Shown here in pieces: positions 9,232 through 17,642 of a stretch of 64,000 nucleotides of DNA. Position 1 is the stretch's first letter. The number at the start of each line of letters is the position of its first letter. This DNA is from Candidatus Peregrinibacteria bacterium (GTDB taxonomy: Bacteria > Patescibacteriota > Gracilibacteria > UM-FILTER-43-11). The stretch lies in assembly GCA_016934215.1 (NCBI GenBank), contig JAFGTE010000033.1, positions 8,781-72,780 of the forward strand. Direction: 5' to 3'. A program made the position numbers and the translations under genes. The notes below the pieces were generated by a model. It saw nothing but the letters and a program-made list of their open reading frames with translations, made no database searches and had not been told where the DNA came from.

Positions 9232-10278
9232 ATGAAAAGCAGAATTGAATCGCTTAAATCTCAGGCGCTTACGGCACTCAAAGCGGCAAAATCTGAGGCA
9301 GAAGTTCGTGATTTAGAGGTGAAATACCTTGGACGTAACGGGGCATTCAATGAAATCATGAAAAGTCTGAAAGATCTTTCAGATGATGAAAAGCGAACTG
9401 TTGGTAAGCTGGCCAATGAAACGAAGAGTGAACTGGAAACTGCTATTTTGAAGAAATACAGCGAGCTTGAAATGGCGGCTTTTGATGTCATCGCGGAAAA
9501 AGAATGGATCGATGTAACGGTACCGGGAGTAAAGCCCAGTGTGGGACATCGGCATCTGATTTCAAAGTTTATTGATGATCTTGAAGTGGTATTTGGTCGA
9601 ATGGGTTTTGCGGTGGCTGAAGGTCCTGACATAGAACAGGAGCATTATAATTTCAACCAACTCAATATGCCTGAAGACCATCCGTCACGTGATATGCAGG
9701 ATACTTTTTGGGTGAAAAATTTAAAAAGAGTAGCACTTCGTTCACAGACTTCGCCTGTTCAGATTCGCTATATGGAAGCTCATGAACCTCCTGTAAGAAT
9801 CATTAGTATGGGCAAAACATTCCGGAGAGATAATGACGCTACTCATTCACCTATGTTTCATCAAATTGAAGGGCTGATGGTGGATACTGATATTTCGATT
9901 GCTAATTTAAAGGCTGTGCTTACCCATTTTCTTCAGCAGGTATTTGAGGATCCCAGCATTAAAACACGCTTCAGAACCAGTTACTTTCCTTTTGTGGAAC
10001 CTGGGATGGAAGTGGACTGCACTTGTCCGATCTGTCATGGGGAAGGCAAGCTTTCTGATGGTGTGCCCTGCAAACTTTGTAAACAATGCGGCTGGCTTGA
10101 AATCGGGGGGGCTGGCATGGTCCACCCCAAAGTACTTGAAAATGTTGGCTACGATTCGAAAAAATACACCGGTTTTGCTTTCGGGTTTGGCATCGACCGC
10201 ATGATTATGATCAAATACCGTATCAATCATCTGCGTCTTTTCTTTGAAAATGATCTGCGTTTTATAACTCAGTTCTAA
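9232..10278 (+). CDS. pheS: Phenylalanine--tRNA ligase alpha subunit.
   Basis: Class II motifs are present: HPSRDMQDTFW, FRRD..DATHSPMFHQIEG and GAGMVHPKVLE..GFAFGFGIDRM..ENDLRF. I chose the internal ATG at 9232 (MKSRIESLK) over the track start at 9145. Confidence 0.9.
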   Translation: MKSRIESLKSQALTALKAAKSEAEVRDLEVKYLGRNGAFNEIMKSLKDLSDDEKRTVGKLANETKSELETAILKKYSELEMAAFDVIAEKEWIDVTVPGVKPSVGHRHLISKFIDDLEVVFGRMGFAVAEGPDIEQEHYNFNQLNMPEDHPSRDMQDTFWVKNLKRVALRSQTSPVQIRYMEAHEPPVRIISMGKTFRRDNDATHSPMFHQIEGLMVDTDISIANLKAVLTHFLQQVFEDPSIKTRFRTSYFPFVEPGMEVDCTCPICHGEGKLSDGVPCKLCKQCGWLEIGGAGMVHPKVLENVGYDSKKYTGFAFGFGIDRMIMIKYRINHLRLFFENDLRFITQF

Positions 10279-10279
10279 G

Positions 10280-10864
10280 TTGGAGGATCACTACAAAACT
10301 CTTGGCTTAAGTCATTCTGCCACTCCGGAAGAAGTGAAAAAAGCTTATTTTAAAATGGCTAAAAAATATCATCCTGATTCAGGTGATGAAACGGAGGTGA
10401 AAAAATTTCATGAAGTGGCCGAAGCTTATAAGGTTCTTGCTGATCCGGAAAGCAGAAAGGCTTATGATATCAGTTTGGGGGTGTTTAAATCAGAAGCCAA
10501 ACAAGTAGCTACGTCTTCATCTGCCCAGGCATACCACCACCAAAAACGCGCCGCTTATCGTGATGATGAGCTTAAAGAATATCACCGGAACCGCTATCAG
10601 AAAGCGGTATTTCGTGTGGTTCTTTTTTCTGCAATACTTGGAGTTATTGGTGGGGTAGTTGGCCTCATACTTGGCGGCATACTGTTTTGGGGTTTTTTGG
10701 CTGGCGTGTGTGTCGGTTTCAATTTTTCGATTAACCAGAATTTTAAAGTAAAAACTTTCTTTAAATCCGCTGTTGCCCATAAAGCATTTCGGCTTTTTAC
10801 CTGGTTACTGTTTTTGAGTGGACTTGGATATTTTGTTTGGTTGATTGTGCAGGACTTATTCTAG
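10280..10864 (+). CDS. J-domain (DnaJ-like) protein with C-terminal transmembrane segments.
   Basis: The J-domain reads YKTLGLSHSATPEEVKKAYFKMAKKYHPD. Two or three hydrophobic helices follow at the C-terminus. The start is TTG. Confidence 0.7.
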   Translation: MEDHYKTLGLSHSATPEEVKKAYFKMAKKYHPDSGDETEVKKFHEVAEAYKVLADPESRKAYDISLGVFKSEAKQVATSSSAQAYHHQKRAAYRDDELKEYHRNRYQKAVFRVVLFSAILGVIGGVVGLILGGILFWGFLAGVCVGFNFSINQNFKVKTFFKSAVAHKAFRLFTWLLFLSGLGYFVWLIVQDLF

Positions 10865-10891
10865 TATTGTGTAAACGTAATATTTTTTTAT

Positions 10892-11338
10892 ATGCAGAAA
10901 GTTGTCATCGGTTCTGATCATGCCGGCTTTGAAATGAAAGAAAGAATCAAAAAAGAACTTAGTTCGGAGTTTGAGTTTGTTGATGTCGGCTGTCATAGCC
11001 CTGAGTCTGCTGACTATCCGGTTTATGCCGAGAAAGTCGGTCAGCAAGTGGCTCTCACACCTGGTCAAAAAGGGGTGCTTATCTGCGGAAATGGCGTGGG
11101 CATCGCTATTGCTGCCAATAAAGTTAATGGTGTGCGGGCGGCCACCGTTTACAGTGTTGAATCTGCCATGCATGCGCGTCAGCACAATGATGCCAATGTG
11201 GTGGCGATAGGGGGTCGTTCGCCGATGCTCGATGATCCGATTAAAATTGTAAAGACATTTTTAACGACTGATTTTTCCGGCGAAGCGCGACATGCACGCC
11301 GGGTACAAAAGATCATGGAAATTGAAAAAAGAAACTGA
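10892..11338 (+). CDS. rpiB: Ribose-5-phosphate isomerase B.
   Basis: GSDHAGFEMKE...LICGNGVGIAIAANK matches the RpiB/LacAB family. The TGA stop overlaps the rpe ATG. Confidence 0.85.
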   Translation: MQKVVIGSDHAGFEMKERIKKELSSEFEFVDVGCHSPESADYPVYAEKVGQQVALTPGQKGVLICGNGVGIAIAANKVNGVRAATVYSVESAMHARQHNDANVVAIGGRSPMLDDPIKIVKTFLTTDFSGEARHARRVQKIMEIEKRN

Positions 11339-11979
11339 TGAAAATTAAAATAGCTCCCTCAATCTTAGGCATCGATTACGGACGACTGAACGAACATCTG
11401 GCCGAATTGGCTCCCTATGTGGATTACTTTCATGTGGATGTAATGGACGGCAATTTTGTCGATAACCTGACACTGGGGGCACCGGTGATCAAATGGATCA
11501 ATACCGATGTGCCGTTGGATGTTCATTTAATGATCAATAATCCCCACAAGTACATCAAGGATTTTGCGGAGGCCGGTGCTTATTCCATTACGATTCATGC
11601 CGAAGCCAGCAAGCATCTTTCGGATGACATTCAGAAAATCAAAGATGCCGGCTGCAAAGCGGCGGTATCTTTAAACCCTGATACGCCGATCGATAAGATT
11701 TCCAAAGTACTGCCTATGTTGGATATGGTTCTTGTCATGTCGGTGCATCCAGGGTTCGGCGGGCAGACGTTTATGCCTGAGGTTCTTGAAAAAGTAAAAT
11801 GGCTTCGTGAGCATTATCCAAATCTCGATATTCAGATTGACGGCGGCATCAATGATGAAACTGGTCAGTTGGCAGTGAAGGCAGGAGCTAATGTTTTAGT
11901 GGCGGGTTCTTATATTCTGAAGAATCAGGATCCGATTAAAGCAATTGAAAAATTGCGTGCCCTGAAAGAGTATATGTAG
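11338..11979 (+). CDS. rpe: Ribulose-phosphate 3-epimerase.
   Basis: Diagnostic motifs are PSIL..D...L, HVDVMDGNFV, MSVHPGFGGQTF and DGGIN. Confidence 0.9.
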   Translation: MKIKIAPSILGIDYGRLNEHLAELAPYVDYFHVDVMDGNFVDNLTLGAPVIKWINTDVPLDVHLMINNPHKYIKDFAEAGAYSITIHAEASKHLSDDIQKIKDAGCKAAVSLNPDTPIDKISKVLPMLDMVLVMSVHPGFGGQTFMPEVLEKVKWLREHYPNLDIQIDGGINDETGQLAVKAGANVLVAGSYILKNQDPIKAIEKLRALKEYM

Positions 11980-11993
11980 CTTTTTATTGGGGG

Positions 11994-13160
11994 CTATCTT
12001 TGGTGCAGCAGATGGTCGCTTCTTTTCATAGTGCTGATTCCCAGTACAAAAAATGGACCGATAAACATGATAAACCATAGGAAATGATTTGGCAGGAAGT
12101 AAAAGGAAATAGCCAGAATCAGTGAAACTGAAAGACGCCCCAGGTTAATGTAGAATTCTCTGATCAAAGGAATTTCTGCAGGATTTATTTTCTGACTATA
12201 AGAATACAGATAAGAGTCGCTGACGTTTTTCTGCATTTCAAAGGCCAGCCGGTTAATGAATTCCACTATCCAAACGTAGGCTAAGTGTCTGTTAAAATAA
12301 ATGCTTAAATATAACATCAAACAGAGCGTTCTTAAATTTGTCAGTTTGGTGAGCAAAGTTGTTCTTTTTCTCTTATCAAACCAATGGCCCGATAACCAAA
12401 TACCCAGGGAAGTAATGAGTGTGGTCACGCCGATCAGCAACCCCAGGTTAAGAATACTGCCGATAAATATGGTAAAAATAAGCAACCAAGCTTGTGACAG
12501 AGAAGTGAAGGCGGCTCCTTCAGAAAAAAATGCAAAACGAATAGCTTTCACTTCGGGTAATTTCATGGTGTGCAGGACTTTTTTGAAGTTGATATGTTCC
12601 GTGTGGGGTGGCGCATGAAAGAGTAGCATGGGGATTAAACCGCATAGACTGGCTGCTGCCCCCAGTAAATAAGTTGTATTGAATGAAACGAAGTGACTTA
12701 AAAAACCTGCCGTAATCGGTGCGATAAAACTGATCAGCATTCTGATGATCCCCATGATGCTTACCTGTTTTCCCATTCTTTCAAGATCAACGTTGACTGA
12801 AAGAAACCAGTGTTTAACCATCCAGTAAAAACTCACATAAAGAGCGAAACAGAAAATGGCCGGAATCAGTAAGTACAAGTTTTCGGGTGTTGTGCTGCCC
12901 ATGAATAACTGAGAGCTTATATAAAAAAGCACACCGAACATCATGAACAATTTTGGTTTTTTCAGCTTCATCGCCAGATTAAAAACCGGAATAAAGGCGA
13001 TACTGTGGATAACATTCCATAAAAAAATGAAAGCGAAAACGGCACTGATAGAACTGGTCAGTTTATACAGAAAAACGGGCGTTACAATAAGCAACATGCT
13101 GTCACTGAACTGGAAAAAGAGTTCGTGAAGGTAAAATAATCTGATGTTCCTTTGTTTCAT
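11994..13160 (-). CDS. MFS-like polytopic membrane transporter.
   Basis: It is 388 aa with about 11-12 hydrophobic helices. No specific substrate signature is visible. Confidence 0.55.
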   Translation of the reverse strand: MKQRNIRLFYLHELFFQFSDSMLLIVTPVFLYKLTSSISAVFAFIFLWNVIHSIAFIPVFNLAMKLKKPKLFMMFGVLFYISSQLFMGSTTPENLYLLIPAIFCFALYVSFYWMVKHWFLSVNVDLERMGKQVSIMGIIRMLISFIAPITAGFLSHFVSFNTTYLLGAAASLCGLIPMLLFHAPPHTEHINFKKVLHTMKLPEVKAIRFAFFSEGAAFTSLSQAWLLIFTIFIGSILNLGLLIGVTTLITSLGIWLSGHWFDKRKRTTLLTKLTNLRTLCLMLYLSIYFNRHLAYVWIVEFINRLAFEMQKNVSDSYLYSYSQKINPAEIPLIREFYINLGRLSVSLILAISFYFLPNHFLWFIMFIGPFFVLGISTMKRSDHLLHQR

Positions 13161-13166
13161 ATTTTA

Positions 13167-13243
13167 TGGTGCGCCAGACAGGAATCGAACCTGTGACCTC
13201 CCGGACCGCAACCGGACGCTCTAATCCCCTGAGCTACTGGCGC
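13167..13243 (-). tRNA. tRNA-Arg(GCG) with encoded CCA.
   Basis: The reverse complement is GCGCCAGTAGCTCAGGGGATTAGAGCGTCCGGTTGCGGTCCGGGAGGTCACAGGTTCGATTCCTGTCTGGCGCACCA. The anticodon stem is TCCGG/CCGGG, the loop is TTGCGGT, and so the anticodon is GCG. Confidence 0.85.
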
Positions 13244-13309
13244 TTAAGCCAGGTCATATTAGTAAAAAGTGTCATTGATGGCAAGTGAAAACTCCCTTAG
13301 AATAAAGCC

Positions 13310-13957
13310 ATGATCAGCTTCCACAACGTTACCAAAAAATACGATTCTCATTTAGTGCTCGACCGAGTCAGTTTTAGTATTGAAAACAACGAGTTTGTGG
13401 TGCTTACAGGGACTTCTGGGGCCGGCAAGTCCACGGTGATTGCACTGCTTATTGGGGCTGAAAAACCAACGAGCGGAAGTGTTGAGGTCGACGAAATGCA
13501 TGTGAGTGAAATGGACTTAGAAACCCTGCAATTGTACCGCCGCAAGATCGGAGTGGTTTATCAGGATTACAAATTACTTGAGAAAAAGACAGTTTTTGAG
13601 AACGTGGCTTTTGCTTTGGAGGTATGTAATGAATCGGATGAACTGGTTCATGAAAGGGTGCCACAGGTTCTTGGAAAAGTCGGGTTGTTAAGTTTTCAGG
13701 ATAAATTTCCTGACCAGCTTTCCGGTGGTGAAAAGCAGCGGCTCGCTATTGCACGCGCGCTCGTGCATAAACCACGTCTGATTATTGCTGATGAGCCAAC
13801 GGGTAATTTAGATGAGGCTAATGTGAGAGGGATAATAGAATTGCTTAACCAACTTCATGAAGAAGGAAACACGGTACTTTTGACTACGCACGATCCTTTT
13901 GTGCGGGAGCTGGTAGGGGGAAGGAGCCTGAAGCTGGAAAATGGTAAAATTATTTAA
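13310..13957 (+). CDS. ftsE: FtsE-like ABC transporter ATP-binding protein.
   Basis: It has Walker [10 protein letters not shown], the motif [14 protein letters not shown], the signature [15 protein letters not shown] and Walker [13 protein letters not shown]. No ftsX gene is adjacent. Confidence 0.7.
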   Translation: MISFHNVTKKYDSHLVLDRVSFSIENNEFVVLTGTSGAGKSTVIALLIGAEKPTSGSVEVDEMHVSEMDLETLQLYRRKIGVVYQDYKLLEKKTVFENVAFALEVCNESDELVHERVPQVLGKVGLLSFQDKFPDQLSGGEKQRLAIARALVHKPRLIIADEPTGNLDEANVRGIIELLNQLHEEGNTVLLTTHDPFVRELVGGRSLKLENGKII

Positions 13958-13968
13958 TTCCTTATTTA

Positions 13969-15081
13969 ATGGCAAAAAAGATCGATTACAAATCAAGTGG
14001 CGTTCATTACGATTTACTGGATCCATTTAAAGTTGCTGCACAAAAGGCAGCCGCTTCCACTGACGGAAACATAAATTATTTAAAAGGATTCAAAGAAGTT
14101 CCTAAAAGCCGGGGTGAAAGCGCTTTTTTAATCGAAACGGATTCCGGTTATATCGCTCATGTAGAAGAAACCCTGGGAACTAAAAATTTGATTGCGGATG
14201 CTATGTATAAGATCACAGGGAAATCCTATTACGATTCTATTGCTATTGATACCGTTGCGGCGATTGTAAATGATCTGATCACCATGGGTGCGCTTCCGAT
14301 GACCCTCGCTATGCATTTGGCCGTAGGGGATTCGCATTGGTTTGAAGATCAGCAGAGACAAAATGATCTTGTTATGGGTTGGAAAAAGGGCTGTGATTTA
14401 TCTTCTGCCTTATGGGCAGGCGGGGAAACGCCGACCTTGCAGGGAATTTTACAAAAGGATGCCGTTCTTCTTTCTGGGTCAGCTGTGGGGATTATTCAGA
14501 ATAAAGATTCGGTTATTCGTTCCTCTGATCTGCAAGACGAAGACCGGATTATTCTCCTTGAGAGTTCCGGTATTCATGCTAATGGGGCTAGTTTATGCCG
14601 TAAGATCGCTTCAGAAATTCCTGAAGGGTATCAAACCAAAATATCTGATGGACGCATGTTTGGTGAAGCAGTACTCGATCCCACTGTTATCTATGTTCCT
14701 GTTTTAAAAGATTGCATGCTGAATAACATTAAACTGCATTATGTGTCACATATTACAGGTCATGGCTGGAGGAAAATTATGAGAGCGGTTGAACCTTATT
14801 CATATATTATTCAAGCTATTCCGGAGCCCCCGGCTGTATTCGGATTTCTTCAGGAACAATCCGGACTCAGCGATGAAGAGATGTATGGAACTTTTAATAT
14901 GGGTGCGGGTTTTGCGCTTTATGTGGCACCGGAAGATACGAAAGCCGTTCTGGATATATGTGTGAAAAATAACATTAAAGGAATTGATGCGGGTTATGTG
15001 AAAACCCGAGGCGAAGAAAAAAAAGTGTCTATCGTTCCGAAAGGAATTAAATTTGGAAGCGAAACATTAGCTGTCCGATAA
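13969..15081 (+). CDS. AIR-synthase-related (PurM-like) protein.
   Basis: Supporting motifs are YKSSGV, IAIDTVAAIVNDLITMGALP, AGGETP and LESSGIHANGASLCRKI, which correspond to PurM family motifs. Confidence 0.6.
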   Translation: MAKKIDYKSSGVHYDLLDPFKVAAQKAAASTDGNINYLKGFKEVPKSRGESAFLIETDSGYIAHVEETLGTKNLIADAMYKITGKSYYDSIAIDTVAAIVNDLITMGALPMTLAMHLAVGDSHWFEDQQRQNDLVMGWKKGCDLSSALWAGGETPTLQGILQKDAVLLSGSAVGIIQNKDSVIRSSDLQDEDRIILLESSGIHANGASLCRKIASEIPEGYQTKISDGRMFGEAVLDPTVIYVPVLKDCMLNNIKLHYVSHITGHGWRKIMRAVEPYSYIIQAIPEPPAVFGFLQEQSGLSDEEMYGTFNMGAGFALYVAPEDTKAVLDICVKNNIKGIDAGYVKTRGEEKKVSIVPKGIKFGSETLAVR

Positions 15082-15100
15082 AAACCGCACATGGGGTGAG

Positions 15101-15334
15101 TTATTGATCTGTCGGATCCAGAAAAGTTTTGCGCTGGCTTTTTTTGATTGAATTAATAGCTTTGGTGTGGTCTTTTAAAACATCATCGGAAGTCAGTAGT
15201 TTTTTTTCGTTGCGAATGAATTCCATGGCCAGATAGCGAAAAAATTCAGCTTGGCTGTTAAACCCCCAGCGATTTATTGATTTGTTGATTTGCTCAAAAA
15301 GCTCGTCATAGATTCTAAAGTGGATTCTTTTCAT
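15101..15334 (-). CDS. Small putative ribbon-helix-helix (CopG/Arc-like) DNA-binding protein.
   Basis: An N-terminal beta-strand-like segment (KRIHFRIYDELFEQI) is followed by SQAEFFRYLAMEFI. This matches the RHH pattern of beta strand, helix and helix. The gene is divergent from dprA. Confidence 0.45.
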   Translation of the reverse strand: MKRIHFRIYDELFEQINKSINRWGFNSQAEFFRYLAMEFIRNEKKLLTSDDVLKDHTKAINSIKKSQRKTFLDPTDQ

Positions 15335-15435
15335 ATGGGTTCATTTATATACTATTAGTTCATTGGAATGCGGTGCCTGATGTTACACTTATGTTTCTAT
15401 TTGAGCAAGTGGGGGGATCCTTTTTTTGGTATGTC

Positions 15436-15499
15436 ATTCTGATGCGCCATATTGGCGCCATATTGGCGCCAAAGTGGCGCCACTTTGGCGCATCAGAAT
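15436..15499. promoter_or_regulatory. Operator-like array of five TG(G/C)CGCCA palindromic boxes at about 11-bp spacing, enclosed by a 14-bp inverted repeat.
   Basis: ATTCTGATGCGCCA (15436-15449) is the reverse complement of TGGCGCATCAGAAT (15486-15499). Inside lie the tandem ATATTGGCGCC x2 (15449-15470) and the perfect 16-bp palindrome AAAGTGGCGCCACTTT (15471-15486). Confidence 0.5.
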
Positions 15500-15645
15500 T
15501 TTCTTTGAAATTTGGATATACCCCTGAGTTTGCTAAAAACCTTGATTGCTTTGAATTTTGCAGATTATTTTGCCTGATTTGCACATTTTTTTGAGCGTGT
15601 TACTTTTGAGCCGCGCTTTTTTACTTATTTTTTTACGCATTTTTT

Positions 15646-16713
15646 ATGAATGATGAGTATCTTTTTCTGTTTGCACAATGGGGTATTTTTACGACAGAAC
15701 AATGCCGCCTTATTTTAAGCAAATTCGGTTCTTTTAAAACTGCCTGGAAGCAGCTTACTGCAGAAGATATTCGTCAGCTTAACGTTCGACACGAAAAATC
15801 CTCACGTGTACTTGAAATCCGGGAAAGAATTTCTTTTGAGCAAATGATGACATTGGTACGCGATCTGGATATAAAAATACATTATGTTGATGACGAAGAT
15901 TATCCGATGACACTCAAAAATGTTGAATCTCCGCCTCCTTTTCTGTTCGTGCGTGGTAAGTTACCCGAATTTCATAAGGCTATAGCGGTGGTTGGCACCC
16001 GCGGTAACACAGATTATGGCAAAAATGTCACTAAACGTTTTACTTCTGATCTGGTGCGGCATGGTTTTGTGATTGTGAGCGGGTTGGCCATTGGTATCGA
16101 TAGCATTGCTCATCGTACGGCTCTTGAACTCAATGGCACAACGGTCGCTGTTCTTGGTTCAGGGATTGATGTTATTACCCCTTTTTCCAATCATCGGCTT
16201 GCCCAGGAAATCATTCAGTCAGAGGGCGCGATTCTTTCGGCTTACCCCCTTGGCACACCGGCGCGCAAACATCATTTTCCTGAAAGAAACGCCATTATTT
16301 CAGGTTTATGTCAGGGGGTTCTGGTTACTGAAGGAGGTTGCCATTCAGGAGCTTTGCATACCGTTAAGGCGGCTCATGAACAAGGACGTGAAGTTTTTGC
16401 TGTACCGATAGACGTCAATAAATATGCCTTGAGTGGTACAAATCGATGTATACGGGAAGGTACTGCTAAACTGGTTGAGAATGTGGAACATATTCTTGAG
16501 GAGTTTAAAATGAAGATAAAAAATATGACTCAGCCAATTGAATTTACCCATGAAGAACGTATAGTGATGGAAAAACTGGCTACCGGTGAGAAGTCTATGG
16601 ATGATCTTGTTTATGCGACTGAATTTGATGTACCGAAACTTTCTGAAATTATTCTGCATCTTCAGTTAAAAAACGCTGTTGTTCAGCAGGAGTATGGTTA
16701 TGTTATCGCTTAG
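15646..16713 (+). CDS. dprA: DNA-processing protein A (Smf).
   Basis: The Rossmann-like core reads VVGTRGNTDYG..VSGLAIGIDSIAHRTALE..TVAVLGSGID..HFPERNAIISGL. Confidence 0.88.
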   Translation: MNDEYLFLFAQWGIFTTEQCRLILSKFGSFKTAWKQLTAEDIRQLNVRHEKSSRVLEIRERISFEQMMTLVRDLDIKIHYVDDEDYPMTLKNVESPPPFLFVRGKLPEFHKAIAVVGTRGNTDYGKNVTKRFTSDLVRHGFVIVSGLAIGIDSIAHRTALELNGTTVAVLGSGIDVITPFSNHRLAQEIIQSEGAILSAYPLGTPARKHHFPERNAIISGLCQGVLVTEGGCHSGALHTVKAAHEQGREVFAVPIDVNKYALSGTNRCIREGTAKLVENVEHILEEFKMKIKNMTQPIEFTHEERIVMEKLATGEKSMDDLVYATEFDVPKLSEIILHLQLKNAVVQQEYGYVIA

Positions 16714-16723
16714 ATATGGCGAA

Positions 16724-16752
16724 GCCCCGCGCAAGGTATGCGCGGGGCTTTT
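16724..16752. terminator. GC-rich hairpin followed by a T-run, located between the convergent dprA and lipoprotein genes.
   Basis: GCCCCGCGCA (16724-33) pairs with TGCGCGGGGC (16739-48) around the loop AGGTA, and TTTT follows. Confidence 0.6.
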
Positions 16753-16777
16753 CACTCGCCAACCCGATGCCAGTCGT

Positions 16778-17503
16778 CTACGGCGTCGCAGACTCAGCTT
16801 CGGGGCCTCGGATCACGACGGGGAGGTCGATTCCCTGTTCCAGGGGGCTAGGCTCGTCTTCCGGACTGAGCTCCCGAACCCTGACCAGGACAGTGACTTC
16901 TTCGCCGGCGGGGACACGATCGGAACGGGCCCGAACATTCAGGCTCGTGGGATGACCGCCCGAGACGATTCCGAATTCCCCGGTTGCTTCCAGATAGCTG
17001 GGGTCACTGATGGATTCGATCCCCATCCAGTACGTTTCCTCGTAGTTGAGGCCGTACTCGCAGTGGGTGGCCGTGCTGTAGCCCAACCAGGGGCTCAAAC
17101 TGACTTCGTCGTCATCGGGCCCCAAGGTGATGGCGTTGTAGCACAGACTGTCGACGAGCCGGCTATCGTAGAACTCGTTCTGGTCCTCCGGAGTAGGGTT
17201 GGCTTCGACGGGGACTTCCACATACCCGACCAGCCGGTCGCCGCACTCGGCATCGATCCGGTAGTTCCCCGGCTGTCCGAAGACGAGCCACTGTCCTTCG
17301 GGGCAGCTGGCGTGGCCTTCGTAGACGTCTGTGCCGGCAGGCAGGTCGTAGGTCAGGTCGCAGTCGGTCATCAGGGTGTCCCACTGGTCCAGAATAGCCA
17401 GGCAAACCCAGCCGTCGGGTTCAGCGGTGCACTTGTCGTCATCGCCGCAGGCACTGGCAAGCAGAGCAACCAGGCTCAGCACCAGAATCAGCGTTCTTTT
17501 CAT
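16778..17503 (-). CDS. Cys-rich lipoprotein encoded in a high-GC segment that looks foreign.
   Basis: The signal peptide and lipobox read MKRTLILVLSLVALLASAC. AGGAGG lies 8 nt upstream of the ATG, and third codon positions are GC-rich. Antisense ORFs here are compositional artefacts. Confidence 0.65.
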   Translation of the reverse strand: MKRTLILVLSLVALLASACGDDDKCTAEPDGWVCLAILDQWDTLMTDCDLTYDLPAGTDVYEGHASCPEGQWLVFGQPGNYRIDAECGDRLVGYVEVPVEANPTPEDQNEFYDSRLVDSLCYNAITLGPDDDEVSLSPWLGYSTATHCEYGLNYEETYWMGIESISDPSYLEATGEFGIVSGGHPTSLNVRARSDRVPAGEEVTVLVRVRELSPEDEPSPLEQGIDLPVVIRGPEAESATP

Positions 17504-17642
17504 GTTTTTAGCCTCCTCGGCTAAAGGTGTGGGTTGGCGAGTTGTGTAAGACCAAGCTTCAGAGGAATTTCACACCCAAAAGGCATAATCTCCCATAATA
17601 AGCTTAGGAGTTATATTAACAACAAAACTTTAATTTGTCAAT

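Noticed and set aside
15449-15486. The short direct repeats were considered as a possible mini-CRISPR.
   Set aside because: The repeat unit is only 11 bp, there are no spacers and no cas genes. No CRISPR-like arrays occur anywhere in the window.
15360-15594. Two overlapping opposite-strand ORFs of 73-74 aa cover the palindromic array.
   Set aside because: They mirror each other only because the DNA is palindromic. They have no start context and odd composition. The region is better explained as a regulatory or structural element.
16679-17524. A 281-aa + strand ORF, together with the 80-aa minus-strand ORF at 17163-17405, overlaps the high-GC segment.
   Set aside because: Long stop-free antisense frames are expected in high-GC DNA. 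The + ORF starts inside dprA at a non-ATG codon and has low-complexity Arg/Gly/Ala/Val composition. The minus-strand ORF 16778-17503 has ATG, an SD, a lipobox and GC3 bias.
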